A stretch of 63,605 nt of DNA, the filler included, from Squatina squatina (Eukaryota), in assembly GCA_031763465.1 (NCBI GenBank). It is 4 parts of 4 records of this genome, joined end to end, with 100 filler letters (N's around TTAATTAATTAA, not from the genome) between each part and the next. Parts side by side here need not be neighbours in the genome. Positions count along the whole stretch, not along the records: positions 31,452 to 49,357 come from JARFOE010000115.1; positions 49,458 to 63,605 come from JARFOE010000219.1; 2 more parts are not named here. One strand, given 5' to 3'. The notes beneath the pieces are model-generated. The model had not been told where the DNA came from, searched no databases, and was given only the letters and a program-made list of their open reading frames with translations. This document shows positions 35,981 through 49,690 of the stretch, in pieces (within the stretch, counting starts at the first letter, position 1; every line of letters starts with the position of its first letter). The translations under genes were made by a program, and so were the position numbers.

Positions 35981-38900
35981 CGGCTGTCCGATAGATGAGT
36001 GCAACTGAAAATTGTGCTATCTGCATAGATCTAGAAGGAGTCTCTAAACCTTTTTGTCTAGTCTTAGTCAATGCCTCTTTAACTCCAGTCATTGTACAAA
36101 AGTAGTTTAAAAAAGAAAGTTCAGATCCCTATACCAAGTTTATTTTGATACATATGTTGCACTATCAGTTCAAAGTGGCTTTCAAACTGTAGGTTTGAAG
36201 GGAGGAACTAAGCTAATTTTGAATAAACACAGATGGTGTAATTTGTTCAGTTAAATGTATGACAGGCAATTATTTCTGATTTCAAGGTGCCAAAATTTGT
36301 CTGGGCCTGTTTTCGGACTCAGACTGGATCACAGCTGAGAGGCCCAAGGCTTCTCCAAAGTTGGGCCTCAGGCTTTATTTTAGCAGTTGAGGTGAACTTC
36401 CCGTGTCCAACGGAAAACAGGCGCAACAATGACCAATTTCTATACCCGAGTGTCAATTGTGAAAATCAATGCAAGCTTGTCAGGAATTCAAGACAAGGAT
36501 AGANNNNNNNNNNNNNNNNNNNNNNNNNNNNNNNNNNNNNNNNNNNNNNNNNNNNNNNNNNNNNNNNNNNNNNNNNNNNNNNNNNNNNNNNNNNNNNNNN
36601 NNNATCTGGGATGTTTGTACTATCCCAAAAAAATCATTAATCATGCCCATTTCATTAACTGTACTCCCATTATCCTTGAAAATATCTGCAAAACCTGAGG
36701 CCAGGTTAGAGGACGAGTGGGTATCGGATTTGAGCAACAAACTTGTTTGGATTGAGAGACCAGTGAGATTTAGGGCTTGGTGAGAAATGTAAAATCCTAT
36801 TTCATTTATGGTTCAAGAGAGGTTAATTATTTTAAAGATTGGAATGCATGGAAAAGTGAAAGAGCAGCCAAATGCAATAGTGGTGCCGAACCCAGTTCTG
36901 TTGATATTTTACCCTCTGTTTCTATTCTGCCATTTTCTGAGAGGAACTAGGGTGGATCTTCCACCTGACACCCCATGTCAAGGAGCTGTCTTAGGGAGCT
37001 CCCAGGCTCCCCTGGGAATTCCAACCTTTACGCCCTCAATAAGCCTCAGCATAACTCCTACCAGCTGAGAGCTGGCATGAGTCCCACTGAGATCAGTAAA
37101 AAGGTGCCAAAACTTTACTAGGGAAATGTAATCCGCCTCCTCTGGGATCAGTAAATTTTCTCAAGAGGCTTGTTTCCTCCACTGAGTGCAGAGGAAAGGT
37201 TTCTTCAGGGCCTCTTCTTTGCTATCAGAACAGCATGTCACCACTGCAACACTGTGCTGGTGGTTCATGGAAAGCGCCACTCTTGTGCCCTGCCACGCAG
37301 ATTACCCCATTCCTAGAATTTGGGACCGGTTCTCTAGCCTGGACTACAGCACTCAGGGGCTCCATTCTGCCACAGTTGCGCCAGTGAAGTCGGCCTTGAG
37401 GAAATTTGCGATTCCAAATAATCATCCTGCAAACTGTTGCACATTTCTTTGTACAAAAGCTAAAGACAGCCAAAACCCTTTAAATGAACACGCTTCATTT
37501 TAGGTTAAAAATAGCTCAGTGCTTCAGAATGTCTATCAACTAATTGTTCAGAGTAATCAGTCATAGACTTCACGAATAATTTTCTAACATGCACGGTTGA
37601 AACTTTTGTTCTATTCCATGAATGACTTCCATGCATCATCATTCCAATCTCAGCAAGAGTGGGATTAATTGTCGCAGTCAATGTGACAGAAATTAGTAAA
37701 GCAATAAATTAAGATGAGCAATCAACACTACCCAAACAACCTTGAAATGAAAACTGCAAAATTATAGAATCTGTAATTATAACATGTGCAACAGACCCAG
37801 AGAAGCTATAGCGCTCTAATTAGCAAATGTGCCAAAATAAAGAATCATTGTTCTTCTAAAACCTGTTCGGCACCAGCTCCAGAGTTTGTTGCCAACAAGG
37901 CCTGACATCGCAGGGCTGTAAAAGTGAATGTTAAAATGAAAGAGAGAAGTACTTTCATTGTTTCCTTAGTCTGAATTCTGTGGGAGTTTTCATTCATACT
38001 GTAGGATAAACAATAGTCACTCAAAGGCCTGTATTAGTGATTCAGTCATTCTAATGCAGAGCTGGTGACAAATGGGGATTCCATGGGACCCGTACACACC
38101 CGTCTGTCACTCTTTTATAGATTAGCAGTGTGTTCTTGTTTTGGAGTTGCATTTTTTCTTTTGAGATAGCTTCTGTCCACATAGCAGCTAATCCCTCTTT
38201 GTGGCAAACAGACACCTCCACACAGCTCAGCTCTGTATGTTCGATGTAGCACCACCTGCTATTGGAATTTGGAAGCAACTGTGCTTTCTGGGCTACTGAA
38301 GGGCCTTCTTGTTCTGATATTGAATTTTTTTCACTCACGGCTGACCAGCACCAGTACTGAACCTGTTACAGCATGGGCTTGTATGTTTTGTTCCTTAGAC
38401 CCATACTGATAAACAGATAACAATGATAAACAATAACATATATGCTGAGTGATTATATTGATAACCGATTATAAAATCAAACCAATAACTTTACAGTTTA
38501 GTAAGTTGTTACATTTTAGCCTTAATGGTCCGCTTCCATCCTTATGACAAATATTTTATTCATGATTTTATACTACTTCTGACAGATCATAGACCCTGCA
38601 GTGATGTCTACAAATGTGTGCGTGAAGCTCTAACAGTTACTTGCTTCCAATTTCCCCGCTCACCCCCCTTCATCAAAACCCCATCACTTTTGTGTATCAG
38701 AATTCAGAACAGAAAGGGCAAAGGTTAAGCTGTCTGCTCAGTGGACTGGGAATGGTGTCAAATGCGTTCCCATCTGGAATACTTAAATTCTGTTAAGTCA
38801 TGATTTAGGAAATAAGATATGATGAGAAGTATAAAGAGATGAAAGTATTTCAGTACACACAAGTATTTTGATCAATGTATCTGTGTGTGACACAACTGTG

Positions 38901-41900
38901 CTTCCCAAATAAAACCTATCCACCAATAAAAACTGTTTAAAATCAAAATTTTGAGTGATTGCGTTCCATTTCAAATGTTCAGTGCATCAACTATCATTCG
39001 AAGGAAGCTACTTGTAATATAAAGTGCTGAAGGATATTATGATAATCATAAGTGTAGGTACAATTCTGTACCTTGTTGAATTCTTACTGGTTTTCTTCTT
39101 TATTAACTTAGTAAGTATCTCCACATCACTCAACAAGAAATGACAACTGACAAATATAGTGTTGATAAATCAGTAACTGCATCAATATGTAAATAAGGAA
39201 ATACAAGGAGTGAAGTGGAAGTTTCTGAGTCAATGNNNNNNNNNNNNNNNNNNNNNNNNNNNNNNNNNNNNNNNNNNNNNNNNNNNNNNNNNNNNNNNNN
39301 NNNNNNNNNNNNNNNNNNNNNNNNNNNNNNNNNNNCCTTTGGCTAATTTCTGTTTACTTCTTTATTTCACCATTCATTAGCATGAGGTTTCCATCTACAG
39401 CACATATCTGTCAATCCTGCTGTTAAAGGAAACATGCTTTGAGAGGACAAATCATGGCGGGGGAATGGATGAGCACAGGGAATTCCATTATGAAGTCCCC
39501 CAGGAGCAATGTAAATACTGGATCTAGATGAAACACTTAGTAGTTCAGGAGGAAAGAGTCAACAAGTGGATTGAACAGCTAAACCAAAACCTGCTGAGAA
39601 GGAGTGGTTTGGATAACATGGTTTTTACTGCTGAAGCAGTTGTTGCATGTGGCACCTCTGCACGCTCAGTGGTTTTTAACACTACAATCTTAGGAGGGCT
39701 ATTCAATTACTTTCCAAGACATTGCCAGGAAACAAGACATAATCTCACGCTATCCAAAATATAAGATTTAAATACATCTTCAAAACTTTTTCTAAATAAT
39801 TTTCTTTCAACGTTGTACTTTACAATGTAAATTCTAAAAGACCTACACCGCCAGGGACCTCACACAGAGCCAGCAAATAATGGAGAATTACAGGCAACAT
39901 GCCCACTATTACTTAATAGCTGGCTCCATGTGAGGCTCTGATGGTGACACGGGGCTTCTTGCGCAAGTTACCCTTACATCTTTAAAAAAAACACAAAGTA
40001 AATTGGGGCTGATTTTCGATATCTGCATTTGTTGGACAGTCTGTGGAACAAAGTGATTGCAAAACATGCCCAAAACATGCCCTGACGACAGCAGGAGGCC
40101 CAAACCATTTTCATGGTCAGGCCTAATTACAATAATATCAGCATGATTCCAGCACTGAATGAGCACTAACAGACAGCTTGCCAATTGGGGTTCCTCTATG
40201 GTAGGGGCTGTGGGCTGTGCCTTGGGTCTGTTATCCCCACCCCTTCCCCCACACCGCCCCCTATTCCTGCCAGAAAATGGGGTTGAAACTCACCCCCATG
40301 ACATCTAATAAAGCTTAATTCTAAGTTTAAGTTTGGTTGAAAGCATATTCCCGCAATGAGTCAACACCTTCAGGAGGAGCAAGGGAATAAAATCAAAAGG
40401 GAAAATTGGTAGAAGGAAAGTACTTCCAGGTGCTTATGTGGTCAAAACAGATGTTCAATTAACTTAGAAACCCTGATTCACTCAATTCAAACTCTTCGTG
40501 AAACTAAAAAATGTAAATATGGATTTACTTGGAGTGCAGGATGCTATTTATGTATCTTTGGGTAGAGCTGGCCTACCCTCCACTGCTTATTCATTATGTC
40601 CTAAGCTGGTGTTTAACATTACCAAAGATATGCAGTTTCCTCTACTATTCTAAGCAGCATCTCTGCAACCCATTAGTACGACAAACCATTGCACAATTTA
40701 CATGATCACCATATAAAAATGAAACATGCATTTGATTTCCACGGTTAAACAACTCGCCACCTGGCAGTGTGCCAAAGTCAATTATTTGTGACCTGGACAG
40801 GTGAATTCCTCAAGTTCAGGCTTCATCGTCTGTCAAACAAGGGGAGTGAAAATTCAATCCTATACCATTCTTCAATTGGTTCTGGAAGTCAGCTGTCCCC
40901 AGCTTATAAACTTGGGCTCAGCAAAGGTCTTGTTGTGAATGCTCAAATTTGGATTTACTGGACTCTAAGGAATTACTCTGGTCTTCCATAGTGAAGCACT
41001 CATTCCAATTTAATTTTTTGCACATTTTCCTTTTCTGCTTCCAGTTTTCTTTTTTCAACATTCCTTTTCTAAAGGCAGTGATTCATGCNNNNNNNNNNNN
41101 NNNNNNNNNNNNNNNNNNNNNNNNNNNNNNNNNNNNNNNNNNNNNNNNNNNNNNNNNNNNNNNNNNNNNNNNNNNNNNNNNNNNNNNNGTTGAGATCAGT
41201 AGTAAAAGAAGATAAATGTCTTCAGAATAAATGCACACACACAATGTTAATGGACTTTTGTTACCGTGAGGAGAAATGACCTTTTTGGGGACATTACTTG
41301 GAATTTTCAATAGACTGCTTTGGAGTTCAGTGCGATATATTTTTAAGAATCAAAATCAAATGGTTTACATTAAGCAATAAAATGATCCTCGGGCTTTTAA
41401 GTTGACACTATGCGTTACAGTACAGATATTTCATCTTCGAACAAAGACACATACAGTTTTGTTTTTATGCACTAGATGTCCATCACATAGCTGTGGCTAT
41501 TATAACTTTTGCACTTCTCTGAATTACAGTAACATATGGAGAAATGTATTCAGCATTTTCCATTGGGTAAACAGGAGTATGCACTTCAGTAGAGAAAGCT
41601 TGCTGATTTCCCAATGGGCCTGTATTGAATCTCAATGTGCCAGGGGTTTGGCTTTACTGTCTGATTAATCCATAGGTGGCAAATTACTTTTCATTTTCTA
41701 ACAGATCTCAAAAGCCAGCAGAATATCCATAGAGTACTGTTAAGTGTAATCCTATGAAGGTGAGATAGGCAGAGTCCAGATGCCCTATTTTGACAATACC
41801 CTTCGTTTACTGATAAAAGTTGACATGAATCAAACTAGAGAATTCATTAGAGTGCATTATTTTCCTTTGTGTTTGATCATCAAAGAATCCAGTCTTCAAC

Positions 41901-42959
41901 TTTAATGTTTAAGATTGTGTCTTACTTGCAAAAAATCCTGCTGATAAAAGATCAAGAGCATCAAGGCTGTTTTGTTACTAACAGCAGCAATAACGGCAGA
42001 TAGATCAGTTCCGCTGTGACTTGCCAATAAATATTATTGTGAGCAGTTTCAACCATGGGATCTTCACAGCAACCTGTAATACTAAGGGGACAATGTGTGA
42101 CTGTTTTTTGGCGCATCTCATAAATAGTGTGTCATGTAGTATCAGACAAGGACATTAGTAAAATGCTATTTGCATGCAACCTTTGGAATACATATTTAAA
42201 TCATTTTTGATGTTTGTTGGAATTGGAACTATTCGTCAGCTAATTTCTTAGCATTAACTCTGAAATTCTGAATTACTTCATCTGCTAAAATGGTTCACTA
42301 TCCATCAGACATCTCCTGTAGCCAGAAATGAGCCCAAACTGTTGAGGTCTGCTGATTAACTGTATGCAACAGCTAGTAAAATATATCATCAGATAACAGA
42401 AGCCATGGGGTCTTCTACATTATATCCACCATGCATACTAATGTTCAACAAAACAAAATCATGAAAGAGTAGAATATGTGTTGTAATATGTAGTGTTCGT
42501 AACCAGTTGAACAATGTAAAATTTAACTTAAAGAGAAGCAAATTTGAAATAGTGTACATTTCTGCATTAAGATGTAGAATTCAGGCCAGAATTCTCATTT
42601 TTGCCCACAAGAGAATGGACTCAAAATGGTGGCTTTTATTTTTAAAAAGGACACTTTAAAAAGAAAGACAGCTCGAGACAGACAGGCTCCTTTAAAACCA
42701 CAGAAAATTTTATTGAAACAACAGCAAAAGTCAGCAGAAACCAAAGTCTTTCAAATGCAAAAGACGCGCACCTGAAAAGAGGAAGGGACACGCCCTTTTA
42801 CATAACTCAGACCACACAGTGGTGAAAAGGCACTTTCGGCATAACATCAGCCCAGACAGNNNNNNNNNNNNNNNNNNNNNNNNNNNNNNNNNNNNNNNNN
42901 NNNNNNNNNNNNNNNNNNNNNNNNNNNNNNNNNNNNNNNNNNNNNNNNNNNNNNNNNNN

Positions 42960-43027
42960 ACTCTGTTTCTCTCTCCACAGATGCTTCCTGACCTGCTGAG
43001 TATTTCCAGCATTTTCTGTTTTTATTA
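42960..43027 (+). mobile_element. Penelope-like repeat tail
   Basis: actctgtttctctctccacagatgcttcctgacctgctgagtatttccagcattttctg. The hammerhead part would fall in the preceding gap. Confidence 0.65.
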
Positions 43028-45119
43028 CATGGAGTACACAGCTGGCCGACGTGCAGGGCTGAAGGAGGAGGGAGGTGGGGAGATAAAAGAACAAGCTCTA
43101 GGGAAGGAAAGCTCAGTAATGGGACCTGAACTGGAGACAGCTGCCAGGGAGTGGATTAAGCTTGTTGCTGTGCAGGGAGCTATGTTTGTATTGTTGCCTA
43201 TTGATCCATTCCATTAGGAACCAAATCAGTGACCATCTGTTTACCATGAACCAACCAAATCCCAGAACATGGGTTTCCACCATTGGGCTCATTTTCTTTT
43301 ATTATATAGTCAGGGGAGATTCACAGATAGACGAAAATGGCAAGGGCATCAAATCAATCAGTCAACTTGGAACTGCTAATTTCTATTTTTGCCAAGACAG
43401 AGTGCTGCTGACATTCCATGAAGGAGATTAGCATTTTTAAAACATTAACAAATGATGTGCTTGTTACAGAGAGAAAGAGAGTGATGAGGAAACACAATAG
43501 AATGCATGGTACTTGTATAGACAAGCCTAATTAATGAAGTGATGCTCGTGCAGCTTAATTAATAAAGATGCCTCGTGTAAAATTCCTGGTCCATTATAGT
43601 ACCACAGTGGGTATGCAGTTATGCTTATGCCTAATGCCAAAGTGATAGCCACACTAAATGAATCCTCAATTTCAGTCCTCATTACTTTTACATGAAACTC
43701 CAAAGTGAGCTGGACTGACAGCAACCAGACTGAAATATCTTCACCAGTCAGCTGCATATAGTTGCTTGCAGTGGATAGACAGGTATGACATACAAATGCT
43801 GGCACTNNNNNNNNNNNNNNNNNNNNNNNNNNNNNNNNNNNNNNNNNNNNNNNNNNNNNNNNNNNNNNNNNNNNNNNNNNNNNNNNNNNNNNNNNNNNNN
43901 NNNNNNCTACGAAGTTTGTCCATGAACTAAAACAAAGATCAACATTGTACCAATTGGCTCAAATGTCCAGTTAGTCTGTAAATAAGCCAATACTCTTGGC
44001 TACGCAGCTGCTTTGGACACAAGGAATATAAAGATAAGAAAGAATTTCATTAGAAGCCAACTGCTGGCAATAGTTTGCCCAGATATATACAGGTCACACT
44101 TCAAACAAATATTCATACTTTGAACTATTCTTTCAAGACTGTCATCTGTTCACCTTTAATTATTCACTTCAGTATTGCTTGAATAAAAACAGTCTGATGT
44201 TGCTCCACCTACCATTTTATTGTGTTTTGATTTCCATTTAAATTTATTTCGAAGTTAAGTGAAGCTCTTGTTGATGGCAGAACTTCAGCAATTCGTAGAG
44301 AAGAACTGAGGTCAGAAATTTATCTTCGTAAAATGAACTTAGTGCAATCTTTATTTTTATACACCTTGTTCAGAGAGAATTAAATTAAAACAAGTGTGGG
44401 AGTGGAATATACAGTTGCATATAAGAAGTGCAGGTCTAAAAGCATAGACAATTCTAAATAACACTGTGAAATTCCAATGGGTTTTGCATGAGAATTTTGT
44501 AAAGCGTTTTAAAGAATAAAAAGCTTTTTGAGAATGTAAAATACCAGATTTTTTTTGACGCTCCCAAGCAGCAAGGAACACAAGTACATTGCCGACCATA
44601 AAGCTGGGACTGGATCTGTGTTCCGGTGATTGCACAGACTCAACAGTAGATGACGTGGCCAATGATTTCCTTAGTAGTTGAAGTCAAACAAAGTAAAGCC
44701 AAAAGCCTAACAGCTGCTCATCTACTAAGCAGCATAATGTTAAAGTAACTGCAAAGAGAATAAGAGCCATCGGGCAATATCACAGGTTATTTATAGTCGT
44801 GCTTGAAGCCTATTCAGGGCAACCAAGAGCTGCTGCAAAGGTAGATCCTGATATACTGCATCATAAAGCCAGGAGGAACATTAGGAAGATGGATCAGTGG
44901 TTTACAGCCATCTGCAAAGATGAGCATTTATGTCAATTGTGGTCAAAAGGGTTCTTCTGGTCTTGTGCCACTGACTGATTTGTCTGCTGCCCTCCCAAAA
45001 TTCACAAGGGCATCCTTGGGGTCTGGAGAGTGAGTTGGCATCTGACCCAATAGGCTGCATCAAGGATCCATCTGCATGGAATTTGCTGCACAGATCAAAA
45101 GCCTTGATGAATAGTTTGA

Positions 45120-45215
45120 ATGGAGGAAGTGAACTCCGCACTACATAGCCTAGTTAATCATAAGGCAACAATTGTGGATGGTATTCATGCTGAATTTCTT
45201 AAAGCTCTTAAAGAT
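45120..45215 (+). mobile_element. old non-LTR retrotransposon (RTE-like) RT N-terminal remnant
   Basis: MEEVNSALHSLVNHKATIVDGIHAEFLKAL resembles the KAPGxDGIxAEFLK motif. Confidence 0.55.
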
Positions 45216-45394
45216 GCGAATTCCTGAGTAGCCTTTACTGGAGACTCTTAAACATGGTGATGGATTTCTGCATTTCTGCATGTATCTGAACCTGACTGAT
45301 TAAAAGTAAGAATGAAATTGACCCAAGATACTGTTACAAGTGTCAGATCTGCCATAGATATTCTCTTGGGTTTAATGGCATTAGTACCGAAGGA

Positions 45395-46410
45395 GATACT
45401 AAATTGTTTGTACGTCAATGTCCATAGGGTAACTACGGAGGTTGGTGAGCTGCAAGAACAAATTGCTACATGGGATTATGATGTAGTTGCATTATCAGAG
45501 ATAAGGCTCAAACAAGGCCAAGAATAGGTTCTTAATATTCCTGGTTACCAAGCATTCAGGAATGATAGAGAAGGATATAGAGGAGGTGGTGTAACAGTAT
45601 TGATTAAAGATGATGTTACAGTTCTAAATAGAAAGGATATACTAGATGGTTCTAGGACTGAATCTGTTTGGCTTGAGTTGAGGAAGAGAGGAGGAACTGT
45701 TACATTATTGTGATTTTTTTTTAACATAGCTCCAAATAGTAAGAAGGCGATAGATGAGGAAATTTATTGGCAAATTTCAATGGCGTGCAACAAAAATAGA
45801 TTAGTAANNNNNNNNNNTTGGATCTGGTTTTGGGCAATGAAGTGGGACAAGTGGTGTGTGTTGCAGTAGAAGATCATCTAGCCAACCATGACCACAACAT
45901 AATTCCGGTTTAAAGTAATTATGGAAAGAGACCAGAAAATATCAAAGATAACAATGCTCAACTGGGGAAGACCTAATTTCAGTGAATTGAGAAGGAACCT
46001 AGCACAAGTAGATTGGAAAAGGCAATTGAGGGTAAAGCAGCAACAGACCAATACAGGGCTTTCAGGAAATAGATAGTTCAGGTACAAACTAGGTATATTC
46101 CTTTGAAGGGAAAAGGTAGAGCATCCAAAGCTAATGCATCCTGGATGACAAAGGNNNNNNNNNNNNNNNNNNNNNNNNNNNNNNNNNNNNNNNNNNNNNN
46201 NNNNNNNNNNNNNNNNNNNNNNNNNNNNNNNNNNNNNNNNNNNNNNNNNNNNNNGTTGGATAAGTACCTGAAAGAAAACAAATTGCAGGGCTACAGGGAA
46301 AGGTTGGGGGAATGGGGCTAGCTGAGGTGCTCTTGCAGAGAGCCGGCACGGGCTTGACAGGCCGAATGGCCTTTTTCCTTGCTGTAACTATTCTATGGTT
46401 CTATGATTCT
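45395..46410 (+). mobile_element. degenerate CR1 LINE (APE endonuclease region, gap, 3' end)
   Basis: Translates CLYVNVHRV...IATWDYDVVALSE...VLNIPGYQAFRNDREGYRGGGV. The 3' end reads LDKYLKENKLQGYRER, then ggccgaatggcc and a ttctatg tail. Confidence 0.85.
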
Positions 46411-49357
46411 AGGAACTACAATGCTAATATTTCAGTTATTAGTCCCTGTTCCTTATTGTAGGTTCAGTAGATCAAGCCCTTGTATTAATGATTTAGTTAA
46501 TGCTCTCAATGGCACAACTCCACAAAATTATGTTTCCCTTTCTTTGTTGATGTGAAAAGTATGTTGCGTATCTCAACATGGCTATATTTTTCAAAAAATG
46601 TAAATGAAGCACATTTAGTGGCAGGTGAAACTTGGCAGTTGTGCCAGAATGAAACCAATTTGGCTTTTAAAGAGCTAGACTAACTTTTCTGTGCCAGTAT
46701 AACTACAACATACTGAAGGAGTGTTTCTCATTACAATTTTTTGCATCAAATAAACATCAATGTATTAAAAAGTTCCTTCATATTGACTTTGTACCTTGGG
46801 ATATAAAAAAATTAACTGGCCATTCTTCTTACTTTGGCATAAAATTAGATTATTTCCAGAACAGGCATTTGGATTCCTTTTTAATGTAGCTCTTTGTAAA
46901 GGAAAAGCAGACTTTGTAAATCTTAATGAACAACCTTGTTTTCACGCACTAAAACCCCACACAGATGGTATTCATAAACCGTTTCCTCTGGGTTTACCTG
47001 TAAATGTCTGCACTGGACTGCATCCCAGTGCTCCCTTGGAGACCAGCCCAGGAGAAAGCACAGTAAATTGTGGATAAACTGGCAATGTAATTTGCGATTA
47101 AATTTGCACAACAATACATTTAAATCTGTGATCAAATGGTATAGATCTCTGGAGATGGAATGCTGGGATGAATCACAGCTTACCATATTCAGTATTTGTT
47201 TCTTATAAGCATCATACAATGATCAAAGTATAAGGCACCTGGTGACTGTTAGTCTTTCATTTCACTCACTCTATTGCCTAAAATGTTATTTCAGTGATAA
47301 GTTTAGCTTGTCAATTGTATACCAGACAATAAAGCAACTTTGCACTGATTGAGTACTGAGAACATAGGCAGAGACATTTAATTAAAGTGCAAGAATTGTT
47401 TATTGCTGAGGTACTCCAGGCAAACTGACCTCACCAGCATTATACTAGACTTAGTAAACATGTTAGATTCTTCTTAAAGTTGTATTTCATGAATGAACAC
47501 CTTTCACTATTTGTCAGTTGTTTCCAGTTGTTTAGAGATCTTTAAAATAATTTACCAAAATATAAACATATTTTGAAATTAATTATTAATATGTGTAATA
47601 TTTTTGTTTAGTCTTCAAAAAATCTTTATTGCTTGCTTTGTTTAAATTTTGGTAGTGTATTATATGCTCCACCTTCTTGATACATTATTACTGTGAACAG
47701 AATAATGCTAGGTGGGTGAACAGACAAGCCTTCCGTCGACTTTATATAAAAATCCAGGCTGACAAAGGGAACTGCTGCATCTCTCATTCCCCTGAAAAAG
47801 AAGGTATGGTTTAACATGAAGGACGCACCGAACATGAAGGTCACACTGGTAACTGTGGCAAGACGAGAGATTTCTGGGTCATCAACAAGCCTGGAGGTGG
47901 TCCTCAGGGTAATTGTTCCTTCTAGAATGGTAGAAATGGCTGCTCCCAGAGATAACTTGCTTCCCTAGCTCAGGGCGTTCAGGAGTCAACTGGGATTTTT
48001 GACCCAATCTAATGCAGTCTATTAGCTTAATTGAGCTCATGTCCAGCTCTAGTGGCTTGCAAGAAGTAATTATAGATGTTGTCATTTCTCCTGTTAGTGA
48101 CTATGTGGCCCCATCAATGCACCCGCTCCAACGGCAGAACAGGAGGGAGCTTCTGCACTAAATCTTGCAAGTGGCAAAACGCCAGAAGCAAGTCCTGCAA
48201 GAAAATTGGTATCACTGAGAGAAGTGCCACCCGAATCCTCAAGGGCTCTACTGATGCAGTACCAGCCACAAACCTCACAACCTCCTGACACTGAGGAAGA
48301 ACCATTAGATATTACAGGATATTGGGAGTATCACAGAATTGGGTAGTGATCATCTTTGAGCAAGGCAGGGGATACTCAAGGGTTTTTTTTGTGTTATGCA
48401 CTTGGAGTGCACCTTTTTACTGAAAGAAGTTTGTGATGATGTCCTACTCCCGCTGATGGTAGTGGTGTGGCCCATGTTACCTCCGTTTTGCCTCTGCATA
48501 CTCTTCCTGTTGAGGGAATTGGTTATCTGCCACTACTTCCTCCTCTTCTTCTGTGGGTGGAAGGTCCAATTCCTTTGTAATGGTCAAATCATAGCAAATG
48601 CAGCAAGTTACTATAATCCTGGAGAACCATGCTGTACTGTAGGGCTCCCCCTGACCTATCCAGGCAATGGAAACAGGACTTGAGAATCCTGATAATCTGC
48701 TCAACCATTACTCTATGCTTTCTTTGTATAATCCTCACTGCTTATAGTGGACAGGATCGCGCGAACACGATCTACCCATAACAGCCATGTGCTATAGGTG
48801 AAACATCAACAAATACAAAAACTGAAAAATCACAACAGAAAAAGGCATTTATCATGAGGGGAAATGGGCTCCAAATCTTCATCACTGTCTAATGTATTAC
48901 ATTTCTTTACTACATGCTTGCTGTAACTGTTTCTGACCATGTCTGGCATTTTGGCCATTTTTTAAGCAGTTGACTTTTTTTTATAAAATGGGACATATTT
49001 ATATAACATATTTCCCAGCAACCCTTGCAAACAACTTTCCAAAAAGAAAATACCAAGGGAGAACTGGGAGACAAAACTTTTCATTTTTATAAATATTCTG
49101 CAGCAGTCACAAAGAAGTTTTGCAACAGTTCAGTAAGCTTTAGATTAACCTGCAAACAAAACGTACCTTGCTATCATCAGTTAACCATCTGCTTTAAGGA
49201 AGACTAATAAAACTTGTGGACACAGTGGCTAGGGAAGGTAAAACTGGAAAGGTAAAACTTCTCTCTTTGCTTTGGTCAGTCTTTAATAGGGGAAATCTCC
49301 TGCACAGCCATACAGGTTTTGGTGAAGGATTTTCATCTGAAAATATAAACACATAGA

Positions 49358-49457
49358 NNNNNNNNNNNNNNNNNNNNNNNNNNNNNNNNNNNNNNNNNNN
49401 NTTAATTAATTAANNNNNNNNNNNNNNNNNNNNNNNNNNNNNNNNNNNNNNNNNNNN
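49358..49457. other. artificial scaffold-joining linker
   Basis: N44-TTAATTAATTAA-N44. Confidence 0.95.
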
Positions 49458-49461
49458 ACCT

Positions 49462-49535
49462 TGTTGGCTGTAAAGTGCTTTGGGACGTCCAGTGGCCGTG
49501 AAAGGCGTCATATAAATGCAAGTCTTTCTTTTCTC
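49462..49535 (+). mobile_element. Deu-SINE/L2-type 3' tail
   Basis: ttggctgtaaagtgctttgggacgtcc...gtgaaaggcgtcatataaatgcaagtctttc. Confidence 0.75.
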
Positions 49536-49592
49536 TTTGGTAAGGATGGAACTAAAGGTTAATGGGATATGTGTAGGCTGAGTTGATCAACC

Positions 49593-49690
49593 TTAGAAAA
49601 TAGGAGCAGGAGTAGGCCATTTGGCCCTTCGTGCCTGCCTCGCCATTTAATATGATCATGGCTGATCATCCAAATTCAGTACCCTTGGCC
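49593..49690 (-). mobile_element. CR1 LINE 3' end
   Basis: aataggagcaggagtaggccatttggcccttcg...aatatgatcatggctgatc. Confidence 0.75.

Noticed and set aside
38855-38888. Imperfect 34-bp palindrome (possible pre-miRNA)
   Set aside because: Too short, partly made of CA/TG repeats, and no known miRNA seed was recognised.
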